DNA of 64,000 bases from Zygnema circumcarinatum SAG 698-1b (GCA_037447605.1 CM074811.1:1240001-1304000), one strand, 5' to 3'; positions 31,775 through 43,933 are shown, counted from the stretch's first letter. Numbers and translations: made by a program. The notes: generated by a model not told the origin, from the sequence alone.

Positions 31775-32259
31775 AGGCCCTCCACCGCTTATACACTCGC
31801 CTTTTCTTTTCCCACCCCTTCTCCCCCTATCCTCTCTCTGTCTCTCTCTCCTCCTTCCATTCTGCCGCTCAGAAAGCTCACGCCCTCATGGCCCATGGCA
31901 GTGCCGGACCGCCTGCAGCCATGGCCTGCTGCTTCCCGGTAGTGGTCTCAATCCAATCAAGGGCTTGCCAATCGTTGGCATTGCGCTTTGGGTTTTAGTT
32001 CGAAAACAGTATTTCAGAACTCACGCTTGTTATTTATTAGGCACGATTCCATGTACGTTTTCTTGCCTACTGTTTGGCTTCCAACTGCGAACTTGGAAAA
32101 AAAAGTAAAGCATTTTCCAATGGCGACACGCCACGTATGCACTATTGATACACGTGGTGGATTCCCATTCGCCATTACTATGCTCGTCTGGAGTTCGCAG
32201 TGGAGGCTCCAAGAAGAGAGGCCATCGGGAGGGGAGTGTAGGGCCAGCTCGGGGCCGCC
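31775..32259. promoter_or_regulatory. Candidate bidirectional promoter between GT47 (-) and EEF1AKMT4-like (+)
   Basis: Divergent ATGs about 485 bp apart; CACGTG G-box near 32173. Confidence 0.5.
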
Positions 32260-34730
32260 ATGGCGGGGGCGGAGAGGCGCGGGGAGGAGGGCGAGAGGCA
32301 GCGCAGGGCCTCCTTTCTCCCGGAGAAAAACGCGGAATATCTCCTTCCGCACTACTGGTAAGCTGCCTCTCTCGTCTGGGCGGCTTCGCCACGCGCTTTT
32401 TAAGATTATTGGAATTGCGCAGAAAGTTTGAATATCTCGTAGTGGTCGGAGACTATGCAGGACGGACATTCTCTGTTGACTTTTTTTGAGTTTTTTTTTG
32501 TTACTGCTATTGGCATTGTTCAAGCTTGTCGTTGGCCAATTTTGGTTCAAAACTTTTGAGTCAATTTTGAGGTGGTGGTACACTCATGCTCTGCTTTGCG
32601 CAAGTTCCGCTCAGGAATCAGGCGTTAATAGTAGTCCCTTTTTTATATATATAGTGACATAGAAGTGGACATTAACACCTTTGGTTTTTTTCACACGCAT
32701 TTGCATTCATCTGCCTCTGAAAAGCATCTTATTTGCCTCGTCACAGGGATGAGCGGTTCAAGGAGGAAGATGACTACGATTGGTTTAAAAAGTATGAGGA
32801 CTTTCGACACCTCTTACTTCGCCATGTACATGCGGACAATAGGGTGTGTCACAGCGCACCTGTCCTGGAGTCTGAATCTTCGACATGCTAAGTACCATTG
32901 TTGAGGCTCAGTAAGATAGGCTTACATGCCTGTAACACCTCAAAGACGGTTCAAGAAAATGGGAGGGCGAGCTGTTTGCAGGTGTTGGTTGTGGGCTGCG
33001 GAAACTCAGGGCTGAGTGAGGACCTTTATCGGGATGGTGTGAGGAAGATCACCAGCACTGACCTCTCATCAGTGGTTGTGGATCGGATGCGCACTCGATG
33101 TCTCACCAACGGGTGTGAGGGCATACGCTGGGAAGTGGCAGACATGCTGCAACTGCCCTATCAAGCAGCCTCCTACGATGTTGTGATTGAGAAGGGCGCC
33201 ATGGTAGGTCAGCAGCTCGTGTAACTGTGCTTCCTCTGCGCAAATTTAGCTGCATTGCAGGAGCAGTCGCACCGAGGGAAATAGTCTCAGCATTACTATA
33301 ATTTGGGCCACTCTTCAACTTGTGAGACTGACAGAGAAGTTGAGCTCTGTCTTTGCAGGATGTGCTATTTGTAGATAACGAATCCCCATGGAACCCATCT
33401 GAAGCAGTTCAACAGCGGGTGCAGGCCATGCTGGGAGAGGTTCATCGAGTTCTCACTGATAAGGGCCTCTTCATATCCGTCACTTTTGGCCAGGTGCGAG
33501 AAACACAGGGGTTCTCGCTCATCCCATTGGCGCTTATCAATAATGTCCTGCAACGGGTATCACGAAATCTTGCATCTGCAGGATGCCTTGTTCAACTAAA
33601 TGATTGCATATGACAGGAAGAAAGCTTGATGTGCATGAAACAGGCGTATTTCTTGCATACACGATGTGATCATAGCTTTTGCGAATTTTGGGGGCTGGAT
33701 AAGTTGCCTCGTGTCTATATTCCATCACTCGGCAACTTCTGGATGTTGGATTACAGTCGTAACTGATGAAATTGCCGCATTTGTCGTTGGATGGATGCAG
33801 CCTCACTTCCGGCGACCATTGTTTGAACGGGCGAGTTTCACATGGAGCATGAAGGTGAAGAGAGCATGCATGCAAGGTCTCCTGTTTCCAATACAGCGTC
33901 TGAGTTCTCTCAGTTCGTGTGCGGAGATTCTCTGAAGTTAGAATCGCGTTCATGTTTGGGCAAGTACTCGCCATCTGGAATGGCTTCCATCAGATGTTTC
34001 CCAGAAGCAAGTTGGCAAAATGAATAGTCTCTTTGTTGGAGTGAGAGTGCTCCTTCGAGCGAGCAGCAACGGTGAGGAATAGCTCAATTTGGAGGGTGAA
34101 CTCCCTCTGAGGCTAAGTTCTTGCCCTCACGCAATATTGGCAGGAAGGGAGGAAGGGAGGAACTGAAACATATAGTGATGGGGAGCAGATCGAAAAGAAG
34201 CTTTAGATTAACGAAAGAGATTTTCATTGGTAGTGCTTGGATCTTGTGTACGTGTTGTAATGCACTGCTTTGATCATTTCAGTGAAGGGAAATGTAAACC
34301 AGCTTTTGTTCATGTGCAGTATGAAACGTTTGGTGAAAGCTTCCACTACTTCTTCTACACTCTTTACAAGGTGAGCTCTTGTCTGCTTCTCTCAGATACG
34401 CAGGCCTTTGCTTGCCAATGGTAAACCTATAGCTGTTGGGGAGAGGGGGAGGGGGAGGGAAGAAGGCAGCTGTGCTAAGCAGCATTGCTTTGAACGTGTC
34501 AATTTTCAGAAATGCTCCCTCGTCGTGTTCTATTATCTCTTCCTCCCTCTTTTCATTGGCAACTACCTTTGATACGTGAAATTGGCTGACAGGGCACTGC
34601 AAGGCAGCTGGAGCCATCTGAAGTCACGAGAGCGGCGGAAGAAACCACGAGTGCTGCAGACATGGAGCATGAGGACATGGACCATGAAGATTATTTGTTA
34701 AGAAATTGCTTTCTCCATGATGCTGGCTGA
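32260..34730 (+). CDS. EEF1AKMT4: EEF1A lysine methyltransferase 4-like (class I SAM methyltransferase)
   Basis: Seven exons join in frame: EYLLPHYW/DERFKEEDDYDWFKKY/VLVVGCGNSGLSEDL..DVVIEKGAM/DVLFVDNESPWNP..FISVTFGQ/PHFRRPLF/YETFGESFHYFFY/..DHEDYLL. Confidence 0.88.
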
Positions 34731-34910
34731 AGCGCTCACACACATCTCGAGTTCCGTTTTGAAGCAATATCAAACCCTAAATCAAGGCTGGTGAAATGGC
34801 AAGAATAGATCCTTGAGTGACCTTGAGTAATACTGAGCCGTTCCTTGTCGTAAAAAATAAAAAATTCTAGCTGAAGGCTTTCTGCAGTCCTCCCCGCTCT
34901 AAATAAGGCG

Positions 34911-34932
34911 GCCTACGTGGCGCCTACGTGGC
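34911..34932 (+). promoter_or_regulatory. Tandem ABRE/G-box-like elements (GCCTACGTGGC x2)
   Basis: ACGTGGC at 34915-34921 and 34926-34932; a further CACGTG at 35220-35225. Confidence 0.55.
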
Positions 34933-35397
34933 AAATGAGGACTCATTTTGCTCGGTTCCCCAGAACGTTGACCGAAAATGAAAATTGGTCTAATCGCGCG
35001 CCGACTTTGTGACCGTGTGAACTCGATTTTGTACGGCGCTTCGCCGGCCGGGCCCTACCGCCGGCACCGGCAAGCTCCTGGCCGGCGATGGCGATACGCC
35101 GGCGATGTTTTGGCGATATTTACACGAATGACGGAAACGACAAGCGATGCCCCGCGACGGACCTGCGCCGACGTGGAACGGCCCACCAATCATGCGCCCC
35201 CACCGACACGGGTCGCCGCCACGTGACAGCGCGCGGCTGCGCCCGGCCGCCCGGCGGTCGCGGGGCGCCGACCGACCGACCGACCGACCGACCGCCCGAC
35301 CGACGGATGTCCGCGCGGGCCGCAGTGAGCACCTACAAGAGGCGGCGGGCGGCGGCGGAGAAGGGCAGGGAGGCGGAGAGGAGGCGGAGAGGGGGCG

Positions 35398-36069
35398 ATG
35401 GCGGCGATGGCAACCATGGCAATGGCAATGGCAATGGCGGTTCTGGCTCTGGGCCTGGCCATGGCCCCTCGCGGCGATGCAGGAATGGCTCCTCCCTGGA
35501 GATCTTCATCACCTTCGCCTTGCGAAAGCATTTGTCCCTCAGACCCACAAGAGTTTTGCGATTTTTTCTTCGCCGGCCATGAGAAGGAGGTCCCCACATT
35601 TCATTTGGTTGACAGTGCGAGCAGTGGCGAGTCGAAACCTCTCAGTCCCGGCCTCCGTACATCGAAAGTCGGTGGAGAGGCCAGGGTGAAGGTGGAAGTC
35701 GATGAGTCCGGGAAAGGCGAGTTCAATGGCTGCCCTCGTACCGACGAGTCTCCAGGAAATCAGTTTTATCTCAACGGGGAGGACGCCACTCTGAGGGCTC
35801 GCACTTATCAGAACGACCGCGGCGTCGATTTCTTCATCAATCGTTGCATTGTTCTCCCTGTTGAGGCGTTCTCCGTAGTCTACAACGGAAATGGGCCGTA
35901 CAATGTGCCTCCCGACACAGACGGCATGTTTCCATCGTCACGCCGCTGTGTTGATGACGTGGCATTGACCATCATTTCCAGATGTGTGTGCTTGCCGTTC
36001 AGTCTCGAGTCGGGAGTTTGGCAGATGACAATCAGCCCCAATTTGCGGCCTCTTTTAAAACCCTGCTAG
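35398..36069 (+). CDS. Putative secreted protein of unknown family (223 aa, single exon)
   Basis: ATG followed by hydrophobic MAMAMAMAVLALGLAMA; GC3-rich codons; 9 Cys; normal globular composition; no family recognised. Confidence 0.6.
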   Translation: MAAMATMAMAMAMAVLALGLAMAPRGDAGMAPPWRSSSPSPCESICPSDPQEFCDFFFAGHEKEVPTFHLVDSASSGESKPLSPGLRTSKVGGEARVKVEVDESGKGEFNGCPRTDESPGNQFYLNGEDATLRARTYQNDRGVDFFINRCIVLPVEAFSVVYNGNGPYNVPPDTDGMFPSSRRCVDDVALTIISRCVCLPFSLESGVWQMTISPNLRPLLKPC

Positions 36070-36700
36070 CGCGAGCGGTTACTACTGGCCGGTTGCTGAC
36101 GTGTCGTTTCCGGGGGAGGTATTCGCACATAGGACAAAAGAAGGGGACGGATACGGAATTCTGAGACAGCCAATCAGGGGCTGTGCCGTCTCGGCTTCGT
36201 GCCACGTAAGCGACTTCATGTACGGACAGCAAGTGTCCGTACAGGATCGGTCGCGCGGGCGGACAAACCGGCGGAACTTGCCGGCCGGCCCGCTCGTCGC
36301 CGGGAGTTCACAAGTGCGAAAAACTATCTTCAGGAAACTTTTCTAGGGGAAGGAAAAAAACGAGCGCCTAAAAATTTCGAGAATTTGGAAACTCTCATTT
36401 GGACACTTGTGCGAAATGCGAAGCAAAAAAACATATTTTGGGCAGATATAAACTTTCCCATCTTTTTTTCTCTTACGAAAGCTTCCACACGAGCCTTGCC
36501 TTGGCTCGCCGGCGGTGCCGGCCAATCCCGCCGGCCGACATGCCGCCGACAATGCCGCCGGCCGGCGCGCTTGGGTGATCGCAGATCCTGTCCGTACAGC
36601 CAGTCCTCCCTCTGACGCGTGCCTCGAGGCGTCGCCGCGTCACCCCCCGAACCTTCCCCTGCTAATGAAAAAAACTTCCGTACATGTAGTAAAAAAACAA

Positions 36701-37645
36701 GGGTAGTGATATTTCCACCCCTTTTTTGGATCCAAACACCCCTTCCCGGCCGGGCAGATGTCAAAAAGGATTAAAAGCGGAAAATGGCTTTTTCACACCT
36801 TTTTGGAATCGATACCACCCTCCATCGGCAGATTTATTTCTGCGAAACAAGGAAAATGATAACCCATCACCCCATTTGAATATCCCGCTTACCTGAATTT
36901 TTTTTCACGCGTGCGGTCAATCGCAGCCGTCGATTCCCTCGCAGATCGCAACACGGCAGATTACTATTTGATCGGCAGCCGGGCTCGGTCACAGCGCGGG
37001 GCACCTGCCCACTTATCCCGCCAAAGTCGTCTCAAAAATTTGTCCGTACAAATGGCGTACGATCGCAATGTGAGGAACCCAAAATTTTGTACATTGAGAT
37101 CTTGAACCAATCATAATTTTCCACGTCAAAAATGAAACACGTGGCAGATGTTGATTGGCTGGGAGCTAACAATGACGAGATCTCGGGCCGAGGGACGCGC
37201 GCACTCGCACTTGCGATTTGGCTTTGACGGGACTCGTGGGCGCTTTCCATTCGCTAAGATCGAGCCCGGCTGCAGATCGAACGGTGATTTGCAGTGGTGC
37301 GATCTGCGAGGGAATCGACAGCTGCGATTGACACACACGTGTGAAGGACGGACACCCGCGAACGATCTTGTGGCGGACGGATCTTCCGCTCCGAGCGGAT
37401 TCGGGCAGGCAGATAATTCTTTCCCTCAAAAAAAAAATTCAGTGAGGCGGGATACAGTATTCAAAATGCGGTGACGTGGTATCATTTTCCTTGGTTAGCA
37501 AAAATAAAATCAGCCGACGGAAGAAGGTAGGTATCGATTCCAAAAAGGTGTGAAAAAAGCATTTTCTGTTTTTAATCCCTTCTGAAATCTGCCCGGCCGG
37601 GAAGGGGTGTTTGGATCCAAAAAAGGGGTGGAAATATCACTACCC
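36701..37645. mobile_element. Non-autonomous foldback DNA transposon A (Mutator-like MITE), long TIRs, 8-bp TSD
   Basis: TIR begins GGGTAGTGATATTTCCACCCC at both ends, with about 130 bp high-identity and about 200 bp total degenerate arm. TSD AAAAACAA at 36693-36700 and 37646-37653 (9-bp AAAAACAAG if the left end is 36702). Confidence 0.85.
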
Positions 37646-37685
37646 AAAAACAAGTACTCTTCTTTTTTTTCCAAGTATTCTTATA

Positions 37686-38732
37686 GGAAAATGATACAGC
37701 GGCCCCACTTTTTGGATATCGGCGCCCCCTTTTGGGAAAAATTGTACTTTTTTTTTTGGCTAATTACCCCCCCCTTGGATCTTTCGGGAGGAGAGATCTT
37801 GTAGACAATCGGACCCCGCGCCTCGCGCGCAGGATCCGACCGTGCACCGACGTACGGCGCCGCGCATCGCGGCGTGGCCCGCGAGATGCGGCGAGCCTAC
37901 GGAAACGTTGTCCTCACCTGACCCGTTTGGGTCAGAGGTTGCCACGTGGCAGTCTGCCATTGAACAGCCCTGCTGCCAGTCCCCCATGCCGATACAGTGG
38001 ACCCCAATAATATTTTCCACCTTGTACAGTGCGTCCCCAAGAAATTCGCCCCGATTTTGCCGAAACCACCTTTTTGTACGGTAACTCAATGTTAACGTAT
38101 TAGGGGTGTTAACCTAACCTGACCTATTCTCCAATACAAAATCTGTTAATCGAAACGGGTTTAAAACATGGGTCACGCTTTTACGCTGTACGGTAAGTAC
38201 GAATAAAATCTCTGAGTCGTACGATATACGTACGGCACCAATAGGAGCTCGTGTATATAAATCACGGTACGATACGATACGATACGATACATACGAACAG
38301 ACATGAACTCCAACATAATACCGCTCGCCTATTAGTAACACGGACCTTATATTTGCAAATTACAATATTTTCGCCCAGTATTTGCCGAAACCATGGCGAA
38401 AATATTATGGGGGTCCACTGTATCGGCATGGGGGACCGGCAGCAGGGCTGTCCAATGGCAGACTACCACGTGGCAACCTCTGACCCAAAAGGGTCAGGTG
38501 AGGACAACGTTTCCGTAGGCTCGCCGCATCTCGCGGGCCGCGCCGCGATGCGCGGCGCCGTACGTCGGTGCACGGTCGGATCCTGCGCGCGAGGCGCGGG
38601 GTCCGATTGTCTACAAGATCTCTCCTCCCGAAAGATCCAACGGGGGGGGGTGATTAGCCAAAAAAAAAAAGTACATTTTTTCCCAAAAGGGGGCGCCGAT
38701 ATCCAAAAGGTGGGGCCGCTGTATCATTTTCC
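37686..38732. mobile_element. Non-autonomous foldback DNA transposon B (Mutator-like MITE), about 330-bp TIRs, 8-bp TSD
   Basis: Arms 37686-38017 and about 38398-38732 are near-perfect reverse complements with terminus GGAAAATGATACAGCGG. TSD TTCTTATA at 37678-37685 and 38733-38740. Confidence 0.9.
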
Positions 38733-38947
38733 TTCTTATACATCACTATCTCCCCTCACAACAGTACCGATACTCTTGTTGTGAAAAATTTGCCGTGCCT
38801 ACCCGTGCCGTACATGCCGTATATTTCTTACGTCTTGTCCGTATGGAACCCTCCAGCGGCACATCATCCCCTTCGCGGAAGGTTTGGTCGACGTCGCGGG
38901 CGACGTGCGCCCGCACCTTCGCGGAAGCTGCGGCCGCCCGGCCGCCC

Positions 38948-38952
38948 TATAA
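38948..38952 (+). promoter_or_regulatory. Candidate TATA box of the GST gene
   Basis: CCCTATAAGGG about 300 bp upstream of ATG 39252. Confidence 0.5.
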
Positions 38953-39065
38953 GGGCCGCCGCCGCCACTGGTCTGTGGCACGAAGCAGATCGAGATCTGA
39001 AGCCACTCTGTCAGTCAGGGAGGCAGTCAGCCGCAACCCCAAGCAAGCAAGCAAGCAAGCTCAAG

Positions 39066-39238
39066 GCCGAGGGCGAGGAGAGGGAGGAGGAGAAGGAGAA
39101 GGAGAAGGAGGAGAAGGAGAAGGAAAAGGAGAAGGACGAAGGAGAAGGAGGAGAAGGAGAAGGAGAAGGAGGAGAAGGAGGAGAAGGAGGAGAAGGAGAA
39201 GGAGGAGAAGGAGGAGGAAGAGGAGGAGGAGGAGGAGT
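39066..39238 (+). repeat. Polypurine triplet tract (GAG/AAG/GAA/GGA)n in the GST 5' region
   Basis: Direct observation. Confidence 0.85.
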
Positions 39239-39251
39239 AGCGGGAGCATCC

Positions 39252-40867
39252 ATGGCCACCATGAAGCTGTACGGGCCGTCCATGTCCACATGCGTCATGC
39301 GCGTGCTGATAGTGCTCGCCGAGAAGGAGGTGTGGCGCCTCACTCGCCGTATTGCTGCTGCAGCATGCACTTCCTTGCGCGGTTTTAGGGTTTGCTTGGT
39401 TTCTTTGTCGCCTTCCTTTTTGGTTCTGCAGGTGAAGTGGCTTTTTGGAATAGATCTGAAGGGTTAGGGTCTGTGCGGCGCGCAGGTGACTGACTACGAT
39501 TTGGTGCCGATCGCCCTCGCCAAGGGCGAACACAAGTCTCCGGAATTTCTCGCTCGCCAGGTACTGGCTGCATCCTCCTCCTTGAATGCACTTAAGAAGA
39601 AGAAGCATGAATGATGCATGCATCCCTCACTTTCCTTGTGTTTCTCTTTTTGTTTATTCAATTTAAAAGCTGCATCTATTGAAATGAGATATTCCTCGTC
39701 GTTCCCTATGTTTTCTGCAGCCGTTCGGACAAGTTCCTGTCTTTGAGGACGACGACCTCTCCATTTTTGGTGGGCCTACCGCTGCTTTCCTTTGAAGGGG
39801 AGGTAGAATTCAAGATGAAGGCGCAGCAAATAGCATACTTAGCAGCATGTTTATCGGTCTCCAGTTCTTTTCCTTCTTATATGTATACGTGCTGTTAGCC
39901 TCGTATGTATGCACAGAGACCGGTAACTGGATCTACTTCCTGCCTTGTTTCTGTTGCTTCAAGAATATCTCTTATTGATACCCATACATTAATTTGTGCC
40001 TTTCCCGTGCAGAGTCCCGTGCCATCGCCCGCTACATTGCGAACAAGTACGAGGGGCAGGGCACCGACCTGCTGGGGGCCACTCTCGCGGAGAAGGCGAA
40101 AGTGGACACGTGGCTGGAGGTGGAGCACTCTAACTACAACGCCGCCATTGCCCCGCTCGTCTACGAGCTGGTAAGCAATGGAACGGTGCTCAGGACGGGC
40201 TCCTTCGTGCGCTAATTCAATTGCAGGAAACGAGAGAGAAACTGAGCATGAAGCGGTGGTTTGTGCGTGCAGGTGTTTGCCAAGATGTTCGGTCGCACCA
40301 CAGACGAAGTGCGCGCAGCAGAGTTCACCGAAAAGTTGGCCAAGGTTCTCGATGTGTATGAAGTGCATCTCGCGAAGCAGCCGGTGAGCGCTTTGTCCAT
40401 TTTGCTTCCCCTAATCGTATGCCGATGATCACTGCGTACATGTTTGACTCTATTCTCGTTATACATGGTTATATATCAGCGTCCCCTCCCTCTCTCCTGC
40501 CCTCCCTATCTCCCTCCCTCTCCGCCTGTCCGCTTCCCCCCCTTCTGCCGTCCCTATCTCCTCCACCCGTCCCTCCTCTCCTGTCCCGGCTCCCTCCCTC
40601 CCTCCCCGCTCTCACCCTCCCTCTCTCTTTCTCTCTCTCTCTCTCTCACTCTCTCTCTCTCTCTCTGACTCTGTTTGGAGCATGTGGTGGAGGCAGTATC
40701 TGGCTGGCGAGCAGTACTCCATGGCGGATCTGTCGCACATTCCGTACACGCACTACCTGATCAACGCGGCCAAGTCCGACCTCTACGCCTCGCGGCCCAA
40801 TGTGAGCGCATGGTGGGAGCGCATCACGGCCCGCCCCTCCTATGAGAAGGTCATCAGCATGCTGTAG
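39252..40867 (+). CDS. GSTF: Glutathione S-transferase, phi class (6 exons)
   Basis: MKLYGPSMSTCVMRVLIVLAEKE/..KGEHKSPEFLARQ/PFGQVPVFEDDDLSIF/ESRAIARYIANKY..VDTWLEVE/..KVLDVYEVHL/YLAGEQYSMADLSHIPY..RPNVSAWWERITARPS. Confidence 0.93.
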
Positions 40868-41877
40868 TGGGGCTCACCTGCTCTCCATGCTATCACTTAG
40901 GTTAGACTGTTTCCATCGCCTTCCATTGGCTGGGTTCGTCCAGCATTGGCCACATGTGATTGATGGCTACGCCTCACTTTGGGTCTTACAATAATGGAAA
41001 AAAGGTTTTGATCAGTGAGAGAAAGCGGAGTTTCGTAAAAGCATCTCCGTAGCATGTACATTTCATACTTGTGATAAAATGATACATTCCGTTTTCTTGT
41101 GATCAGTGGAAACGCATTGTTTGAGCCTTCTGTTTGAAAGTGTCATGCATGCTGTTGCTGTAGATAGGGCAGAATGCTGTCAATGTGCATGCTGCATGTT
41201 TGAAAGTCTTCAATGCTGTCGCCTCAAAGCCGAGAAACTGGAGAAGGTGTGTGCTATGGAAGGAGGGGCAACTTTAGGAGGATGAAGGAGGGGGGGTGGT
41301 GGGGTTGTCGCGGAGCTGCCGGTGGGGGCGGCTTAAGGATATCAGAATCCCCACAGGCGCTTGATATCGCAAGTAATCGCCGAGAATGATTAGTGTTGAG
41401 CCGTATCAAATGGGAGGCCCAAACACATGAAGTGATCTGCCAGCTCGCCATCATCGCCACCATCATCCGCAGGGCACGGCACGGCAGGGCAGCGGAGAGG
41501 GCACGAGCCCTCTCCGCTCTCTCTCTCAAGGCCCAAGGCGGCGTTCGGGCTTAAAAACTCGAACAACAGAGGGCCCTCGTGCTTCCACTCTACACCGCAT
41601 CGCATCGTGGTGAAATTCACATCTCTTAATTCATTCACAGAGGAAACGAAAAACCTCTCCCGAGTTCTCCCTCTAAACTGCTGCGGACACTCCACAAGCG
41701 CCTTGCTCAAGAGGCCTGCCCTCGCCCTTGCCCCTTCCTCTTGCGGCTGCTATAGACAGCGCTGCAGTGTGGGGCAGGCGCATCCAATGCTTGAGGGGAA
41801 TCGGACATGCTCGGGAGAGGTGGGATCTGAAGGGTGAAGGGGGACAAGGTTTCTCTTTTTCTCTATTGCCGACACCA

Positions 41878-42017
41878 CCAGTCCTTCTAAGCGCTAATGA
41901 CACAAAATGATCACTACAAAACCTTTGATCTACAAGCTTCGTAAGGCATGCTATTACGAGCCAATTACATCATCTTCGCAATAGCAATATTATTGTCAAT
42001 GGCTGACCACTGGCTAG
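41878..42017. repeat. Diverged direct repeat, copy 1 (copy 2 at 44763-44926)
   Basis: Shared blocks CAGTCCT..AAGCGCTAATGACACA..GATCAC..AAAACCTTT..AAGGCATG..CGAGCCAATTACATCA.CTTCGCAATAG..GACCACTG.CTAG. Confidence 0.8.
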
Positions 42018-42262
42018 AACATGTAGTCACAATGTTACATAGACACACACACATCGATGCTTGCGTGAAGCTCTCATCGACTCTACCCCCGACTCCGGCC
42101 GACTAAGAACATCTTCTATTTTCCAAGTTTTTCAACTATTTAGTTTTTCATGTTTGTACATTATATGCTTATTATGGTTTCACACAAGGCAAAGGCATGA
42201 GGCAAAAAGACCAGATTAGGAAAAAAAATTCCAAGACAAATCATTGACAGTTTTAACTGAGT

Positions 42263-43933
42263 TCAAATCGTAAAGTTTGTAATGCAACAAATAGAAACCA
42301 TTTCGTTTTCCTCCTCTAATATAGGCAAGCGCTTCAATTCCCAAGCCGTATTTTCTGTCCTGTACTTTAACTCAAGCACCTTAATCTTGCTGATGGGATA
42401 ATCTCTCGTTGCATCTATGTACCCCTTGCACACTACAAAGAGCAAATCACTTACTGCCACGAGTTCAGAGCAGCTCTCAAAAAACTCTGGCCAATCATCG
42501 GGAGAATACTCCAAAGCAACTTTCCATCGCCCTTCTGATTCATCCAAAAATCGAACGGCGTACTGTGCCTCTCCTTCCTCGTATGGCCCCCTCCGGTGGA
42601 AAACGCCATAAATTTGATTTCCAACGACGGCAAAGCAACTATGGCAAACAAAGCACTGATGGGAATCCCCAAGTTTGAAATATCCCGGTTCTTGTACCCA
42701 TGTGACCTTTATAGGGTCAAAAACATCAAAATTTGGACGAATCTCCATCTTGTCATCCTCCTGAGCACCTTTCACGAGATAGAGTTTCCCGTTCTTCACA
42801 AACGAGCCTTGGGTTTTCAAGGAGTGATTCACATTCACCTGGTGAATGGGAACCCATCCATTCAGTTTCAGGTCTCCCTTTAAATTCAAAACCTCCACCT
42901 CTGCCAAAGTTTCATCTGCATTCAATCCACGAGAGAAAAACATAAAGAAGTACAATACATTACATTAAGTAACAAAATGTTTTACAATCAACATTAAGTT
43001 TGATTTTATTATAAGAAACAGCTTAAAACTAAACCAATATTTCAAGCATAGCTCCCAAAAAAGCATTGTTCTTCCAAATAGACAAATGTTTGTCGTTAGT
43101 ACTTTGCATACAAAGGAACTGAAATAAGAATCCTAGATTATGTAAACTCATTGATTCACAGAAACTTTCAAATACTAGAGTTGTTTTAACCCTTGTTATT
43201 TTTAACTCGATAAGCTTGATTTACTCACCATCTGCTACGTACAGGCAATCATTGATAATGCCCGCGACAAAACCACTCCGAGGAATGGTCATCGACGGGC
43301 CTTCTTCCCAATTTCCCTTCAAAGCATCAAAGATCCACATACTTGCTTGCTTTGAAAAACGAATTAAACCACCGAGAATGAAAAGGTTTGGCCCGTACGA
43401 GAGGCACACAAAATCACTTAGCTCGTCATCAGAATCCGTGACTTGCAGTGGAGGGAGTGAAAACCAAAGGCCAGTTTTGGGGTTGAAAAGTTTAACCACT
43501 ACCACCATTGACGTTCCGTCAATGGCTAAGCTATTATAGCACACGCACAAATGGTCTTCGTGAAACTCTCTGGTGGCGCGTTCCTGATAAAAGGACAAGT
43601 TCAAAGCCAACAACGTAGCATTTAGAGTAAAAAATGTGAGGTAAATGTCATTGAAGGATGAGGATATTAAGACCTTCTGAAGTTAAAGGCCAAGACACTG
43701 GGCCGGAGATGAAGCTCAACCTTTCAGCAGTTAGTGGTTGCATTTGAGGTAGTTTGGCAAGGCTTAGGGGTTGTTCTCACCTCGTAAAAATCTTTACTTC
43801 TGAGAACGCTCCTCCAATGCGGATTCACTCTCTGTGCAACCAGTCGCTCCTTCAACCCCAACCTTACGACTATGTCTAGACCTATGACATCCGGCAAAAG
43901 CGGAAATAACGATTGCTCCATTTGCTTGCTCAT
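42263..43933 (-). CDS. F-box/kelch-repeat protein (3 exons: 43933-43781, 43583-43229, 42915-42263)
   Basis: F-box LFPLLPDVIGLDIVVRL..VNPHWRSVL; kelch motifs LFILGG..WEEGPSMTIPRSGFVAGIINDCLYVADG. An upstream in-frame extension is possible. Confidence 0.85.

Noticed and set aside
37760-38784. Pair of similar ORFs (..MGVHCIGMGDRQQGCPMAD..) on opposite strands
   Set aside because: They are mirror products of element B's inverted repeats and show no transposase motifs.
38781-39623. Poly-R, poly-L and poly-S ORFs around the GST start
   Set aside because: They are frame translations of a purine triplet tract.
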